Origin: a bacterium
GTDB taxonomy: Bacteria; SAR324; XYD2-FULL-50-16
Direction of reading: 5' to 3'
Length of the DNA: 64,000 bases
Assembly: GCA_032250835.1 (NCBI GenBank)
Contig: JAVVEA010000019.1
Location: 1-64,000, forward strand
The notes beneath the pieces are model-generated. The model did no database searches, was not told where the DNA came from, and saw only the letters and a list, made by a program, of their open reading frames with translations. Numbering within the stretch: the stretch's first letter is position 1; every line of letters begins with the position of its first letter. Position numbers and translations under genes: made by a program. Shown here one piece after another: positions 19,294 through 29,542 of this stretch.

Positions 19294-19404
19294 GGCGGCT
19301 CCGGCTTGCCTAACTGTTAGCAGGTTGTTAGATTGTACAGATTCCAATCGATTGGCCCATTCTTGCCACAAGCAAGGCGTTCCATCAATCCCGAGGCGCT
19401 CCCG

Positions 19405-20976
19405 ATGCTCCGTTTTATTTGGCTTTTAGCCTTTTGCTTGATCGTGCTGGGCTCGCCCACACAAGCGGCCATGTTGGATACCGAAAAACTGGCTGAAAAA
19501 ATTGCCCGTTCCCTGAGCCAGGTTTCCTCACCCAAATACGCGACCCTGGCTTTTTCTCGCATCCAAGGCGGCCTGGACCAAGTGACCCGCAACGAGTTGA
19601 TCGACTATGCCAACGTCAGCATCGTCCGCAGCCGCGCCTTTAGAGTGATCGACCGCAGCAAACTGACCCAGATCATCGACGAGCAAAAATTCAACCTCTC
19701 GGGCATGGTCAGTCAAGACACCTACAAGCAATTGGGCAAGTTGCTGGGGGTGGATCTCTTTGTTTATGGCCGCTTTTACGGTGATGTGTTGGTGATGAAG
19801 GCCATCGATGTCGAACGTTCCACTCTGGTTTGGGCCGAAATCTTCCAAACCGGACAGCTAGAACCCCAGAGCCAAGCCCTAGGCGAATTGGCCCAGGCGG
19901 TTAGCGCCAGCTTAGAAAAAGACCTCAAACGCCTCAAGGCCAACGGCATCCGCCAGATTAGCTTTTGGAACATTTCGAGCCAATACGACCAAGCCATGGC
20001 CACCGATTTCCTGTCCGCCGCCTTAACCAAGGCGGGCAGCTTTCAGGTAATCGACCGGGACAACTTAGCGCTGATCCTTCAGGAACAGCAGCTCAACATG
20101 TCTGACTTCATCGACCAAGCCAAGGCCAAGAAGATGGGCGAGATCTACGGGGTCGACGCCTTTATCTACGGCAGCATCACCGAAAAGCGGGGCCAACAGG
20201 TAGCCAGCTTTAAGCTGCTGAACATCTATACCGGCGTGATCGAGTGGGCGGACCTGATCCGCTTCGGGGCTGAGCCTGCCGCTGATAATTCGGCCCCCGC
20301 AGACCCGCGCTTTGCAGACATGATTCTGATCCCAGCAGGTGAGTTCATGATGGGCCACCTCGGCCCGCCCGAGATCAGTTCCCCGGCCTTTAAGCTGAAT
20401 GTATCGGCCTTTTATATTGACCGCCAAGAGGTCAGTAACGGCGAATATGCCGCCTACACCTCCCGCTTCCACCACCGGACCCCACCGCACTGGATTGGAG
20501 GTCGGGTGCCGCCCGGTGAAGAGATGTTACCGGTAGTCAACGTCAACTGGATGGATGCCCGGCGCTACTGCCAAACCCAAGGCAAACGGCTGCCCCAGGA
20601 ATCTGAGTGGGAAAAGGCCTTCCGGGGCGTGCATGGCCGCCAGTATCCCTGGCCCGGCACCAGCTTCGCCCCCGATGCAGCCCGAACCGTCGAATCAGGC
20701 ATTCAGGCTCCGTTAGGGGTCAACGAATTAAACGCAGACATTTCCTCCTATGGGGTGCGGCACTTGGCTGGCAATGTGCGCGAATGGACCGAATCGATAT
20801 TAAAATCCTATCCCGGCAGCCGTTACGTCTCAGGTAAGATCAACAGCGAACGGGTGATCCGTGGGGGTTCTTGGGCAGGTAATCAAGAGCAGGCCGTTGG
20901 CTGGCGTCGCGACAGTTCGGACCCTAAATATGGCTGGAAAGACGTCGGCTTCCGCTGCGCCCGCGATCCCTATTAA
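19405..20976 (+). CDS. Exported protein: two CsgG/FlgO-like domains plus FGE-sulfatase (SUMF1) domain
   Basis: Duplicated F.VIDR..L..I..EQ..N.S......K.G...GVD.F.YG motif; IPAGEFMMG, RLPQESEWEKA, GNVREW, RGGSW, GFRC. Confidence 0.82.
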   Translation: MLRFIWLLAFCLIVLGSPTQAAMLDTEKLAEKIARSLSQVSSPKYATLAFSRIQGGLDQVTRNELIDYANVSIVRSRAFRVIDRSKLTQIIDEQKFNLSGMVSQDTYKQLGKLLGVDLFVYGRFYGDVLVMKAIDVERSTLVWAEIFQTGQLEPQSQALGELAQAVSASLEKDLKRLKANGIRQISFWNISSQYDQAMATDFLSAALTKAGSFQVIDRDNLALILQEQQLNMSDFIDQAKAKKMGEIYGVDAFIYGSITEKRGQQVASFKLLNIYTGVIEWADLIRFGAEPAADNSAPADPRFADMILIPAGEFMMGHLGPPEISSPAFKLNVSAFYIDRQEVSNGEYAAYTSRFHHRTPPHWIGGRVPPGEEMLPVVNVNWMDARRYCQTQGKRLPQESEWEKAFRGVHGRQYPWPGTSFAPDAARTVESGIQAPLGVNELNADISSYGVRHLAGNVREWTESILKSYPGSRYVSGKINSERVIRGGSWAGNQEQAVGWRRDSSDPKYGWKDVGFRCARDPY

Positions 20977-21166
20977 GCGCTGATTACCTCACGGAGGTAC
21001 TTAGGCAATCCCCTTTGGGCCCCTTCCGGGCCCAGCAACCCCTTCCAAACGAGTTTCGTCACCCCGGAAAAGGGCCTCTTGTGCAGGCCTAGGGGTAATA
21101 GGGTTCTTAAAAGCGGGCCGGTGTCGCTCGGCGGCAACCGCCGGGCTAGCTTAAGCGCCGGGGACT

Positions 21167-21871
21167 TTAGCGGAAGGGTAGATAACGCAGGGGATTGCGG
21201 GCCTTGTCGTTGATGCGGACTTCGAAGTGCAAATGGGGGCCGGTGCTGCGCCCGCTACTGCCTAAAATAGCGATTTTTTGGCCCTGGCGGACCCTTTGCC
21301 CCTGCCGGACCAAGTTGCGTTTGTTGTGGCCATATAGCGTCTTGATGCCCCGTCCGTGGTTGATGATCAACACGTTCCCGTAGCCCCTCATCCTCCCGGC
21401 AAACTCTACGGTTCCCGAACCGGCAGCGACAATGTCCAACCCCCCGTCTTTGGTGATGTCGAGGCCATGGTGCATGCGCCCGTGGCGGCGTCCGTAGCCT
21501 GAGCTAATGGTCCCGCCAGCGGGCCAGATCAGACGTTTTCCGCTCTGGACCACCGGGTCGTTGTCCTTCATCTCAGGAAAGCGAACCGCCGCACTGGGTG
21601 CGGCGGGGGTCGTTTTAACCCCTGGGATGAACAGCAACATGCCTGGAGCCAAATCTTCGGGTTCGTAGATTTCGTTGCGTTTGCGGATGGCAAAGGCATC
21701 GGCATCAAACTGCTCGGCAATTTTTTCTAGTTGGTCTCCCTCTTTGAACTCATACCAGACGCCTACCTCGGCGGGGTTGAAGCGATGGCCCACGCAACTG
21801 GCGGCCAGCACGGCCAGGAAGAATAGAGCTAGCCCATTCAAAATAAAGGATTTTAAGGTACTGAAATACAT
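21167..21871 (-). CDS. LysM / M23 metallopeptidase lipoprotein (NlpD-like)
   Basis: Lipobox LAASC; LysM; HHGLDI, YGH, STGPHLHFE. Confidence 0.9.
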   Translation of the reverse strand: MYFSTLKSFILNGLALFFLAVLAASCVGHRFNPAEVGVWYEFKEGDQLEKIAEQFDADAFAIRKRNEIYEPEDLAPGMLLFIPGVKTTPAAPSAAVRFPEMKDNDPVVQSGKRLIWPAGGTISSGYGRRHGRMHHGLDITKDGGLDIVAAGSGTVEFAGRMRGYGNVLIINHGRGIKTLYGHNKRNLVRQGQRVRQGQKIAILGSSGRSTGPHLHFEVRINDKARNPLRYLPFR

Positions 21872-22031
21872 AATTGGGCAAAAAATGCGGGTTTAGGGCA
21901 CCAAAACAACGGTGAGCGTTGCAAGGACCGTGTCAAAAAGGTTATATTGTGCATTCGTACCGCCCCTATAGGTTACCGCTCTGTGCGGGCTTTTGGGGTC
22001 GAGGCCTTTGAAGTCCTTACCCTTACGCCGA

Positions 22032-25000
22032 ATGTCTGAAGCCCGCGCCGCTGCCACAAAAGAATGGTGGATTCGTTTTGTAAGTGCTACTGAGCGCCGA
22101 CTGGTTACGGGCCTGGATCTCATAACAAAAGTCCTTGAGTCCCAGGGGTTTAACGTTGACCATGCCGAGTTTAAGGTGGTCAACAAAAAGGAGCTGAAGC
22201 GGCCCATCAACCCAAAGTTTAAAGACGGGCCCAAAGAAAAGGTGGTGATCGAAGAACGGATCAACATCAACACCTCCTACAAACATGTCCGTCAGCTCCA
22301 TTGGCGGGTCACCAAAGACCCGGAAAACGTCTTATTGGTACAGGTGGAGCGCCTTAAAGGTGAGCCCATGGCCCTACCTTTGATCTTCGAAAGCCTTTTC
22401 GAAGAAGAGCGGGAAATCCTGGTTACCGGCGTGTCCCACAGCGTTTGGAGCCAACTGACCGCCCGTCCAGACCCGAGCTTTAAAAGCATACCTAAACAGA
22501 TCCAAGACGATACGGTAGCGCTCGACGAGATCATGGCCCGCACCCAGCGTAAAAAGGGGATGCAAACCACCGCCCGAGACCTGCTGGACTTGCACGGCCT
22601 CAAGCCCGAGGTGATGCAAACGATCAATGAGGTAGCCTTTGCCAAGGGCGGGACGCTCGATACGGCCCAGGCGGTCAACCTGATCCTGCTTTCGGACCTC
22701 TATTCGCGCTATAGCCTGCTCTTGTGGAGCTTTTGGGAAGACGTGATGCACAAGAGGCAGCCGCCGGGGCCGCTGGCCAAGCAATTTTCGGTCATGACCC
22801 ACGGGGTCCCGACCGAAAAGATGGTGCAAAAATTTGCTCCCTATTTAGACCCGGAAAAGAAATACAAAACCAACGAAATGGTTTTTGGCGGGCTCTACCA
22901 GGCCTTACAAGGCATGGAGGACAAAAGCTTTAAAGCCGACCCCAAACTATTTAACGCCCAAACCCTCTATTCGCTGATCCGTGGGGTCGTCATCGTGGCC
23001 CGCAGCCAATTGGACCCGCCGCTTTGGGAAAAATGTAAGCCTATCTACAACCCCGACGACGAACGCAGCAAAGCCGAAGACGCGGTGCACCTGTTGGTGG
23101 AGTTGGCGGCGAAGGTCAAAAACGAATCCATTAAGGCCGCAGCCAGCAGCAGCCAAAGCCTGCAAGACCTCTACGACTCGGGCAACGCCGACCGCTACCT
23201 AAAAGAATTCCCGCTGGCCTTCGCCCAGATGTCTCCGGCCGAAAAAAGCCTAAGCGAAAAGGTGCTTGCGCGCCGCTTTGGCTTCCGCGGACCCCAAGAG
23301 GGCGAAGGAGCGCTGGTTTTGTTCCAGAAAGACCAGCCCCCCCTGCCCGAATTAATCCACCCCCTGCCTACTTTGGGCAGCGTCTATGGGTACACCCTCT
23401 TCCGCTTGCTCTGTGAAGCGGCCGAAGAGTTTTTCGAGCCGGGATTCGAGGATCTCAAGGCCCGATTTGGGGCGGAATTTTTTGAAATCTCATATTACAG
23501 TTGCGTCACCCGCAAGGACCTCCCCTTGGGCCGCAGCCAATGGGCCCAGTGGCTGAGCGCCAGAAAATGGGTCGAAGACTGGACCGGCCTGGGCTACAAG
23601 GAAAACCCCAAAGAAGAGCCGATGGACCCCTGGTTGACCCAGGAGGCCCTAATGGGCGAGGGGAACTCGGTGGTGCCCGAAGATTTTGGTCCTGTTGAGT
23701 TTAGCCAAGCCTTTGACGAGGCCCGACAAAAATACTTGGGCTTCTTCGGCAAGTTAAAGAAACACAACTTTGCAGGCGGCGAGGACCTAAACCCGGCCAA
23801 GGTGCTGTTAAACCTTTTTGAGCAGGGAATCTACGACATCAACTCCCTTGAATTCCGCAAGGCCTTGCGCGAGACCTACCTAGGCGAAGAAATCGAAGAG
23901 GTGATTGAAAACAGCACCCAAGAGATGCGTGAAGAGATGCAACAAGCCGCCAAGGGCGACAAACTGGTGCTCTTCTTGCCCGACAACTTGGCGGGCTTTT
24001 TCTACATGGCCCACCGCTTCAACCTGCGCAGCCCTAAAGGCAAGGTCAAGATCCATCTGCTGCTGTCGAACCAAGCCAAAGGAGGCCAGCTTAAGGGGAT
24101 CAACAAAAAGTTCGCCGAAAACCTGGGCCTTTACCTCAAGAGTAGCAACGAACCCTACCGCCAAGGCTTGATCCAGGCGATCCAGATGCTGGGCGAATAC
24201 CAAAAGGCGAGCCAAGACTTACTCAGGTTCTTAGGTCTTTACTTCTTTGACCGCTTCTTACACGCCTACCACGAGCACAAGGCCAAACGCTCCTCGACCA
24301 GCCCGGCACACATCAAGTATTGGGTACCGGACAACCGAAAAATGGTGATCGGCCACACTAAAAATCTCAACTTAAACAAGCTACTCAACTTCACCAACCA
24401 GAAGCCGGGGCGGGATGGTGAGATGATCCACAGCCAATCGCTGGCGCAGTTTTTACAAGGCATCTATTACCACGAATCCTGTACCAAACGGCTGACCCAG
24501 TTGAACCAAAAGACCCAGAAGCTGGGAAGTCTGTTTGAGCGGTTCAGCCCGAAGATGAAAGAGACCAATGAATACAGGTCCTTCAAGCGCTTGCTGGATC
24601 GTTACCTGGAGATCTGCCAGTTACCGGTGCTCTCTTGGACCGGGCGGGTGTTATCGGAGATGGAGGAGTTGAGTTTGGCCATGAAGCGGCAGATGGAAGA
24701 CTCCAAAGGCATGGACGCTCCGGTAGACCGCTTATTTAAGGAATGGTCCAGCCGTTATCCCGACGACGAAGGCATTGTCAAACCCTTCCGGGTCTTTAGT
24801 CACGAGCGGGTCAAGACCGACAACTTTTTGGTGGAGCTAACCAACGCCCGAGACCTGCTAGCCGAGGTCAAGGTCAAGAAGGTCTTCATCTTCGTCACCG
24901 ATGCCGGTAAGAAAGCCCAGGTCGATCAAATACACGAGGTTTTAGAATTCCTGCGCGAGCACGCCGCCAACCCAGAATTTTACCTAGAGGCCTCTAGCCT

Positions 25001-25094
25001 TTCGACCGAGGCCCAACAGGCACTAGCGCGAGAGATCAACCCCAGCAACTTCTTCAACGCCGAAAAAATCGAGCCGGTGCCCAAAGGTAGCTAA
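22032..25094 (+). CDS. Large hypothetical protein (~1020 aa)
   Basis: Long uninterrupted ORF with host-like codon usage; no motif recognised. Confidence 0.8.
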   Translation: MSEARAAATKEWWIRFVSATERRLVTGLDLITKVLESQGFNVDHAEFKVVNKKELKRPINPKFKDGPKEKVVIEERININTSYKHVRQLHWRVTKDPENVLLVQVERLKGEPMALPLIFESLFEEEREILVTGVSHSVWSQLTARPDPSFKSIPKQIQDDTVALDEIMARTQRKKGMQTTARDLLDLHGLKPEVMQTINEVAFAKGGTLDTAQAVNLILLSDLYSRYSLLLWSFWEDVMHKRQPPGPLAKQFSVMTHGVPTEKMVQKFAPYLDPEKKYKTNEMVFGGLYQALQGMEDKSFKADPKLFNAQTLYSLIRGVVIVARSQLDPPLWEKCKPIYNPDDERSKAEDAVHLLVELAAKVKNESIKAAASSSQSLQDLYDSGNADRYLKEFPLAFAQMSPAEKSLSEKVLARRFGFRGPQEGEGALVLFQKDQPPLPELIHPLPTLGSVYGYTLFRLLCEAAEEFFEPGFEDLKARFGAEFFEISYYSCVTRKDLPLGRSQWAQWLSARKWVEDWTGLGYKENPKEEPMDPWLTQEALMGEGNSVVPEDFGPVEFSQAFDEARQKYLGFFGKLKKHNFAGGEDLNPAKVLLNLFEQGIYDINSLEFRKALRETYLGEEIEEVIENSTQEMREEMQQAAKGDKLVLFLPDNLAGFFYMAHRFNLRSPKGKVKIHLLLSNQAKGGQLKGINKKFAENLGLYLKSSNEPYRQGLIQAIQMLGEYQKASQDLLRFLGLYFFDRFLHAYHEHKAKRSSTSPAHIKYWVPDNRKMVIGHTKNLNLNKLLNFTNQKPGRDGEMIHSQSLAQFLQGIYYHESCTKRLTQLNQKTQKLGSLFERFSPKMKETNEYRSFKRLLDRYLEICQLPVLSWTGRVLSEMEELSLAMKRQMEDSKGMDAPVDRLFKEWSSRYPDDEGIVKPFRVFSHERVKTDNFLVELTNARDLLAEVKVKKVFIFVTDAGKKAQVDQIHEVLEFLREHAANPEFYLEASSLSTEAQQALAREINPSNFFNAEKIEPVPKGS

Positions 25095-25230
25095 AGAGGC
25101 AGCTAAGGGATGGGCTGCGGGCCAAGAGAGCTAGCGAATGTCTGGCCTTTTGCTTCCTTTAGCCCGGCCCCCACAGGCCTCAATCCAGTGTCTCTGGCTG
25201 GGGCCGCTGCCAAAGGGACAAGACCGAAGC

Positions 25231-27228
25231 TTAGCTGACGGGCCAAACCAAGAAATGGTGGATTTGGCCGGGCTCCATCCGGTAGTAAAGGCCGTGCTCG
25301 CGGAGCTCCGCATTTGGGTGTCGGTAAAGTGCCCCGGTTTGGTTGAGGTCCTCAAAGAAGTAGCCGCCGGGCCTAGCCAAATCCAAAACCTCGTTTAAAA
25401 ACAACAAACCTTCTTTGAGCTGGTCCGTCTCGTTAGCCAGACTCAACTCCATCAAACCGGGCAGGCCCAACCGTTGGCCCCGGTAGACCCGAAAACAGTC
25501 CAGGTCGTCTAAATAGATGATCTCTCGCCCGCTGGACTCAGCCCAAATCACTGAAAAGTTGGGCCCCGCACCTACTTCTTTAAAGGGTTCAAAGGGCCGG
25601 TAGCTGCGTTTAGAGAAACTTTGGACCCGCTGCGCTAGTTTCGGGTCTTCTAGCAGTTCTATCGGTGGGCTGAAAAAAGACCAATTGCCTTCTTCGTTGC
25701 CCACCTCGCCGCTGGTACCGGGCATTACATTGATGTTATTATGTTTGCTGGCATTACGGTAATCGGCGCTGAGCCAAGAAAGCAGGCTAGGCAGGGTCAT
25801 CGCAAAATGCTCGGCCTGTGAGCCACAACTGAGGCGGCGGACCACCTCGTCACAAAAGTCGTCGCTCAACTGCTCGGTCTTTAATGGCAATTGGCTAAGA
25901 TGCAGCGGCAATCCCAAAACACGGCGGCAAAACTCCAACAAATTCCAAGTAGATTCAAAATCTTCGTGGCGTCCTTTATGGTTCACCAAATATTGTAGCA
26001 ACGTAGAGGTATCGTGCGTTTCGACCGCCACCAAGGACTCCTTGGGATAGTCCTTTAGCGGCACAACGCGGTTTTCTTTGTGCTCCCAGCGGGGGATACG
26101 CATCAGGGCGATGTCGGCCCCCTGCTCGATCCGCTTCAGGGCCCCCTGCTTGGTGGCCTCGACGCGCTCAAAATCCCCAGCCACTTCGCCCAATATCTTT
26201 AGGCCCTTCGAAAGCACCAAATCCAAGTACCAGAGGATATTGGTCTCGCGCTCCTGGGGGTCTTCGCTCAAGAAGGCCCCTAAAACCTTACCCGGCTCAG
26301 TTTTGGCTCCCCGAGGCAGGGCATATTGCCCGCACCATCCGACCATATGGTCTAAGAACAGGCCGGTGCTGATCTGAGAGAGCCACTGCATCTTCGCACT
26401 AAGGTAATGTTCTAGCCCTGCGCTGCGTTCGCGGTACAGCGGCATGCCCCAGGCCTGCTCGGGATAGCCGTTTTGCGGCTCCGGTGAGCAGCCGATTTGT
26501 CGGGTTAAGTCGAAAGCCTCGGGGTGGAAGAGCACATCGGCGCTCAGCAGATCCACCCCAAAGGGGAGATTCGCAATCAGGCCGATCCCCAGCTTTTTGA
26601 GGTGCGCTAATAAAGAGCTGCGCTGTTGGTAACAAAGAAACTGTACATAGCGGTGGTAATTCATGCGGGTGCCTTGGGTCGCCACCAAGGCCTCACGCTT
26701 TTTAGGCACGCTCAGGCCCAGCAACTCGGACTCACCTAAACCGGCCTCGACCGCCGCCTGAAACAGGACGTAGTCTTCTAACCAATAGGAGGCCTGCTGG
26801 GCAAAATCCTTATAGGCGGCTCCAGCAAATCCATCCTTGGCCTCAAAGGCTTGGCGGCAATGTTCCAGCACCCAAGGCATCAGGCTTCGTTTGAGTTGGA
26901 AGGAGAGGGCTCGGTTGTCGCGGAAGTGCTGACTATAATGGGCGTTGATCTGGGCTAAGTGCCCGTGGATCTCCAGCTCGGGCCCCAGCTCGTCAACCGC
27001 GTTGAGGTCTAATTCGTCCGCGTTGAGCGCGAAGCCGCTGTTGATCGAGAAGGGGCTAGCCATGCCCGGATTGCGGCTACCGTTAGGTAGGTCGATCAAG
27101 TCCCCCTCAAAGCCCAATTGGGACATCAGGTCGGCCAAGTGCCGCATTGCCTGTACATTGCCGGTGCCAAAGGACTTGCCCCGGCGGCTATTGATCTGAG
27201 AAATCCCAACCAAGAGATTGAACTTCAT
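25231..27228 (-). CDS. 4-alpha-glucanotransferase (GH77, MalQ-like), divergent
   Basis: SPFSINSGFALN, WLEDY.LF, NLPFGV, QAWGMPLY, LDHMVG, GE, THDT catalytic-region motifs. Confidence 0.75.
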   Translation of the reverse strand: MKFNLLVGISQINSRRGKSFGTGNVQAMRHLADLMSQLGFEGDLIDLPNGSRNPGMASPFSINSGFALNADELDLNAVDELGPELEIHGHLAQINAHYSQHFRDNRALSFQLKRSLMPWVLEHCRQAFEAKDGFAGAAYKDFAQQASYWLEDYVLFQAAVEAGLGESELLGLSVPKKREALVATQGTRMNYHRYVQFLCYQQRSSLLAHLKKLGIGLIANLPFGVDLLSADVLFHPEAFDLTRQIGCSPEPQNGYPEQAWGMPLYRERSAGLEHYLSAKMQWLSQISTGLFLDHMVGWCGQYALPRGAKTEPGKVLGAFLSEDPQERETNILWYLDLVLSKGLKILGEVAGDFERVEATKQGALKRIEQGADIALMRIPRWEHKENRVVPLKDYPKESLVAVETHDTSTLLQYLVNHKGRHEDFESTWNLLEFCRRVLGLPLHLSQLPLKTEQLSDDFCDEVVRRLSCGSQAEHFAMTLPSLLSWLSADYRNASKHNNINVMPGTSGEVGNEEGNWSFFSPPIELLEDPKLAQRVQSFSKRSYRPFEPFKEVGAGPNFSVIWAESSGREIIYLDDLDCFRVYRGQRLGLPGLMELSLANETDQLKEGLLFLNEVLDLARPGGYFFEDLNQTGALYRHPNAELREHGLYYRMEPGQIHHFLVWPVS

Positions 27229-28177
27229 GGATAAGCCCCTTTTCCAACAGATTGAGTTCGATGATTTTTTCCTTAGCCTCGAATCCCCCCATTCGGTCCA
27301 GCCCCAAGGCCCGGATCGCCGGGCCCAGTTGGCTCAAGTCCTGGCCTTTTTTAATCAAGGCGTCAAGCGGGCAGAGCCCCACCAATTCGGAGCCTTCGAC
27401 GCTCAGGCCCATGCGTTGAGCTTCTCGGGAGATTCTTTGGTATACCTCGGCCATCCCGCATGCTGGGTAGTCTAGCAGGTTGGTGCTGATCTGGGCTAGG
27501 CCGGAGTCTTCTAATTGCCATCCTAAAAACCTTACGCTCGCCAAAGTAGACTCTTGCTGGCGTGCCTGCCTCAACCGGCGGGCTAGCTCCAAAGCGTCTT
27601 GCAGGCGGGCTCCCGGCAAATGGACGTTGTAGGCCAGCATGACGGGCCGAGCGGTCACCAACGTTGCCCCCAGGCTCTCATGGGGGCTATTCGGACCTAG
27701 GTCCGGCGGGCCTAGGTCCCCGGCCATGCGACCGGAAAGAGCCTCAAAACCACCAAGGCGCAAAAAAGATAATTCGGTCCGCCGGGGGTCAGTGGCCAAG
27801 GGGCCGTAAAAATAGACCGGAAGGTTGAATCGCTCGGCCAAGGCACGCCCGAGCTGCTGGGCCCAGGAAGCGGCCTCAGCCAGGCTCAATCCGATCAAAG
27901 GGACTAGAGGGCAGACATCCAGAGCCCCCACCCTTGGGTGGTTGCCTTGGTGCTTTCGCAGGTCCAGCTTACCCGACAAAATCTGTACCGCAGCCTCGAT
28001 AGCTTTGAGCACCGCCTCTGGGGGACCGATCATGCTAAAAACACTGCGGTTGGCACTAGCCCCCACGTCCACATGCATCAAGGTGACTTGCGGTAAGCTA
28101 AGGGCCCGGCTCAGCTCCTCGATCAATTGGGGGTCGCGGCCTACCGAAAAGTTTGGCACCGCTTCGATGCGGATCAT
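27188..28177 (-). CDS. Glutamate formimidoyltransferase
   Basis: EAVPNFSVGR, NRSV, H.G.HPRVGALDVCP, GSELVGL.P. Confidence 0.88.
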   Translation of the reverse strand: MIRIEAVPNFSVGRDPQLIEELSRALSLPQVTLMHVDVGASANRSVFSMIGPPEAVLKAIEAAVQILSGKLDLRKHQGNHPRVGALDVCPLVPLIGLSLAEAASWAQQLGRALAERFNLPVYFYGPLATDPRRTELSFLRLGGFEALSGRMAGDLGPPDLGPNSPHESLGATLVTARPVMLAYNVHLPGARLQDALELARRLRQARQQESTLASVRFLGWQLEDSGLAQISTNLLDYPACGMAEVYQRISREAQRMGLSVEGSELVGLCPLDALIKKGQDLSQLGPAIRALGLDRMGGFEAKEKIIELNLLEKGLIHEVQSLGWDFSDQ

Positions 28178-28205
28178 AGGCTAAAAGGGAGGGGAGGCAA
28201 AAGAC

Positions 28206-28245
28206 AAAAAAAAAGGCCCGCCGCTGATTGCTCAGCGGCGGGCCC
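28206..28245 (-). terminator. Rho-independent terminator of cyc2
   Basis: Stem ggcccgccgctga/tcagcggcgggcc with 4-nt loop, followed on the minus strand by T9. Confidence 0.9.
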
Positions 28246-28272
28246 TTTCTTAGCTTAGGTCGCTAGCTTGGT

Positions 28273-29508
28273 TTAGAAGCCAGAGAACAAAGAGAACATT
28301 TGCTCGCTGACGGCATCAGCATCACCTGCTTTAGAGGTGTTCTGCATGACGTCAAGGCGGATGTTCTGAGCAATGTTGTAAGCAATACCGATCGTACCGT
28401 AGGTGGTCGTGTCGGCAGTGGTTACAGAGCTGCTTGCGTAGTAAGCACCCAACTCAGGCATCACCATGGCCTTTACTGCGAAAGCGGTAGAGGTCATGTC
28501 GTCGGTGGTGCTAGAGTTGTAGTAGTTTGAGTCGGTAGCGCTAGAGGACTTGGGAACGGTTACGTTAGTAACCCACAAGCCAACGGGCATGCCAGCCAAG
28601 TCACCCTGGAGCTGGATGTCGATACCGGTAGCACCAACACCGATGTCGAAGGTGTCGTTTTCTACAGCGTTGTCAGCTTCGGTCGTAACCTTGCCAGACA
28701 TGCTGGTAAGACCCAGACCCAACTCAAGACCAGCTACGTCCATGAAGTAACCAGCGCGGATCAGAGCAGCCAAACCGGAGAAGTCAGCGTCGCCGCCACC
28801 CCAGACCGGGCCCCATGCCGAGTAGTTAACAAACCAGCTCGCTGAAGAAGCCACCAAGGCAATACCGGTTGCTTCGCCTGAGCCGATACCAGTTGCCTGG
28901 TAAGCAGACATAGCTTTGCGGTTTTCCATCGGGCGCTGAGAACGCTTGGAAGCGGTGTTGAAGGTGTCATAGCCGTACAGTGCACCCAAACCATCGGTTG
29001 CGTAAGGGATCACGCTGAACTGGATGTCACCAGAGTTAGCAGCCAAGAAGTGGTACTTGGTGGATAAGAACTCAGGGCTTCCGCCTTCATGTTCTGCATC
29101 CAAGCCGAGTTCCCATAAGAAACCAGCGTTGGCCGAAGCACGACCACCAACCAATAAAGCGGCTTCGTCGGGCCACTGGATCTCGCCGACGTCGTCACCG
29201 GTTTCGTTGGTGGATACGTGGCGGATTTTAGAAATAGCCGACATGTTTAAGGTGTCGGGCAGTTTCATGGCGTTTTCGCCTTCAATTGAAGCCTGAGTTC
29301 CTTCCATGGTGTAACCACCGGATAGGAAAGAGCGACCCATAGCGTTCAGGGCCGGGAACTGCTGGAAGTGGCAAGCGTTACAAGGCATGCCAGTCTGACG
29401 GGCGAAGGCCGGAACGGCCTCAGCGTCCTGCACGGTGAACATGCTGGCCGCAACCAAGCCGAAAGCGGCGAGGGACATTCCTAACTTTTTCGCAAAACTA
29501 TTTCGCAT
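28273..29508 (-). CDS. cyc2: Cyc2-type fused monoheme cytochrome c / outer-membrane porin (putative Fe(II) oxidase)
   Basis: Signal peptide then AVPAFARQTGMPCNACHFQQFPALNAMGRSF (single CxxCH at 29368-29382), then beta-barrel with QWPDEAALLVGGR, ending in Phe. Confidence 0.87.
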   Translation of the reverse strand: MRNSFAKKLGMSLAAFGLVAASMFTVQDAEAVPAFARQTGMPCNACHFQQFPALNAMGRSFLSGGYTMEGTQASIEGENAMKLPDTLNMSAISKIRHVSTNETGDDVGEIQWPDEAALLVGGRASANAGFLWELGLDAEHEGGSPEFLSTKYHFLAANSGDIQFSVIPYATDGLGALYGYDTFNTASKRSQRPMENRKAMSAYQATGIGSGEATGIALVASSASWFVNYSAWGPVWGGGDADFSGLAALIRAGYFMDVAGLELGLGLTSMSGKVTTEADNAVENDTFDIGVGATGIDIQLQGDLAGMPVGLWVTNVTVPKSSSATDSNYYNSSTTDDMTSTAFAVKAMVMPELGAYYASSSVTTADTTTYGTIGIAYNIAQNIRLDVMQNTSKAGDADAVSEQMFSLFSGF

Positions 29509-29542
29509 CGGATACCTCTATGATACCATTGAAAGGGTCTAC

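Noticed and set aside
21010-21090. SRP RNA or hammerhead ribozyme on the minus strand (GGCCCGGAAGG and GACGAAAC substrings)
   Set aside because: The SRP AGCAG internal-loop strand and the hammerhead CUGANGA core are absent.
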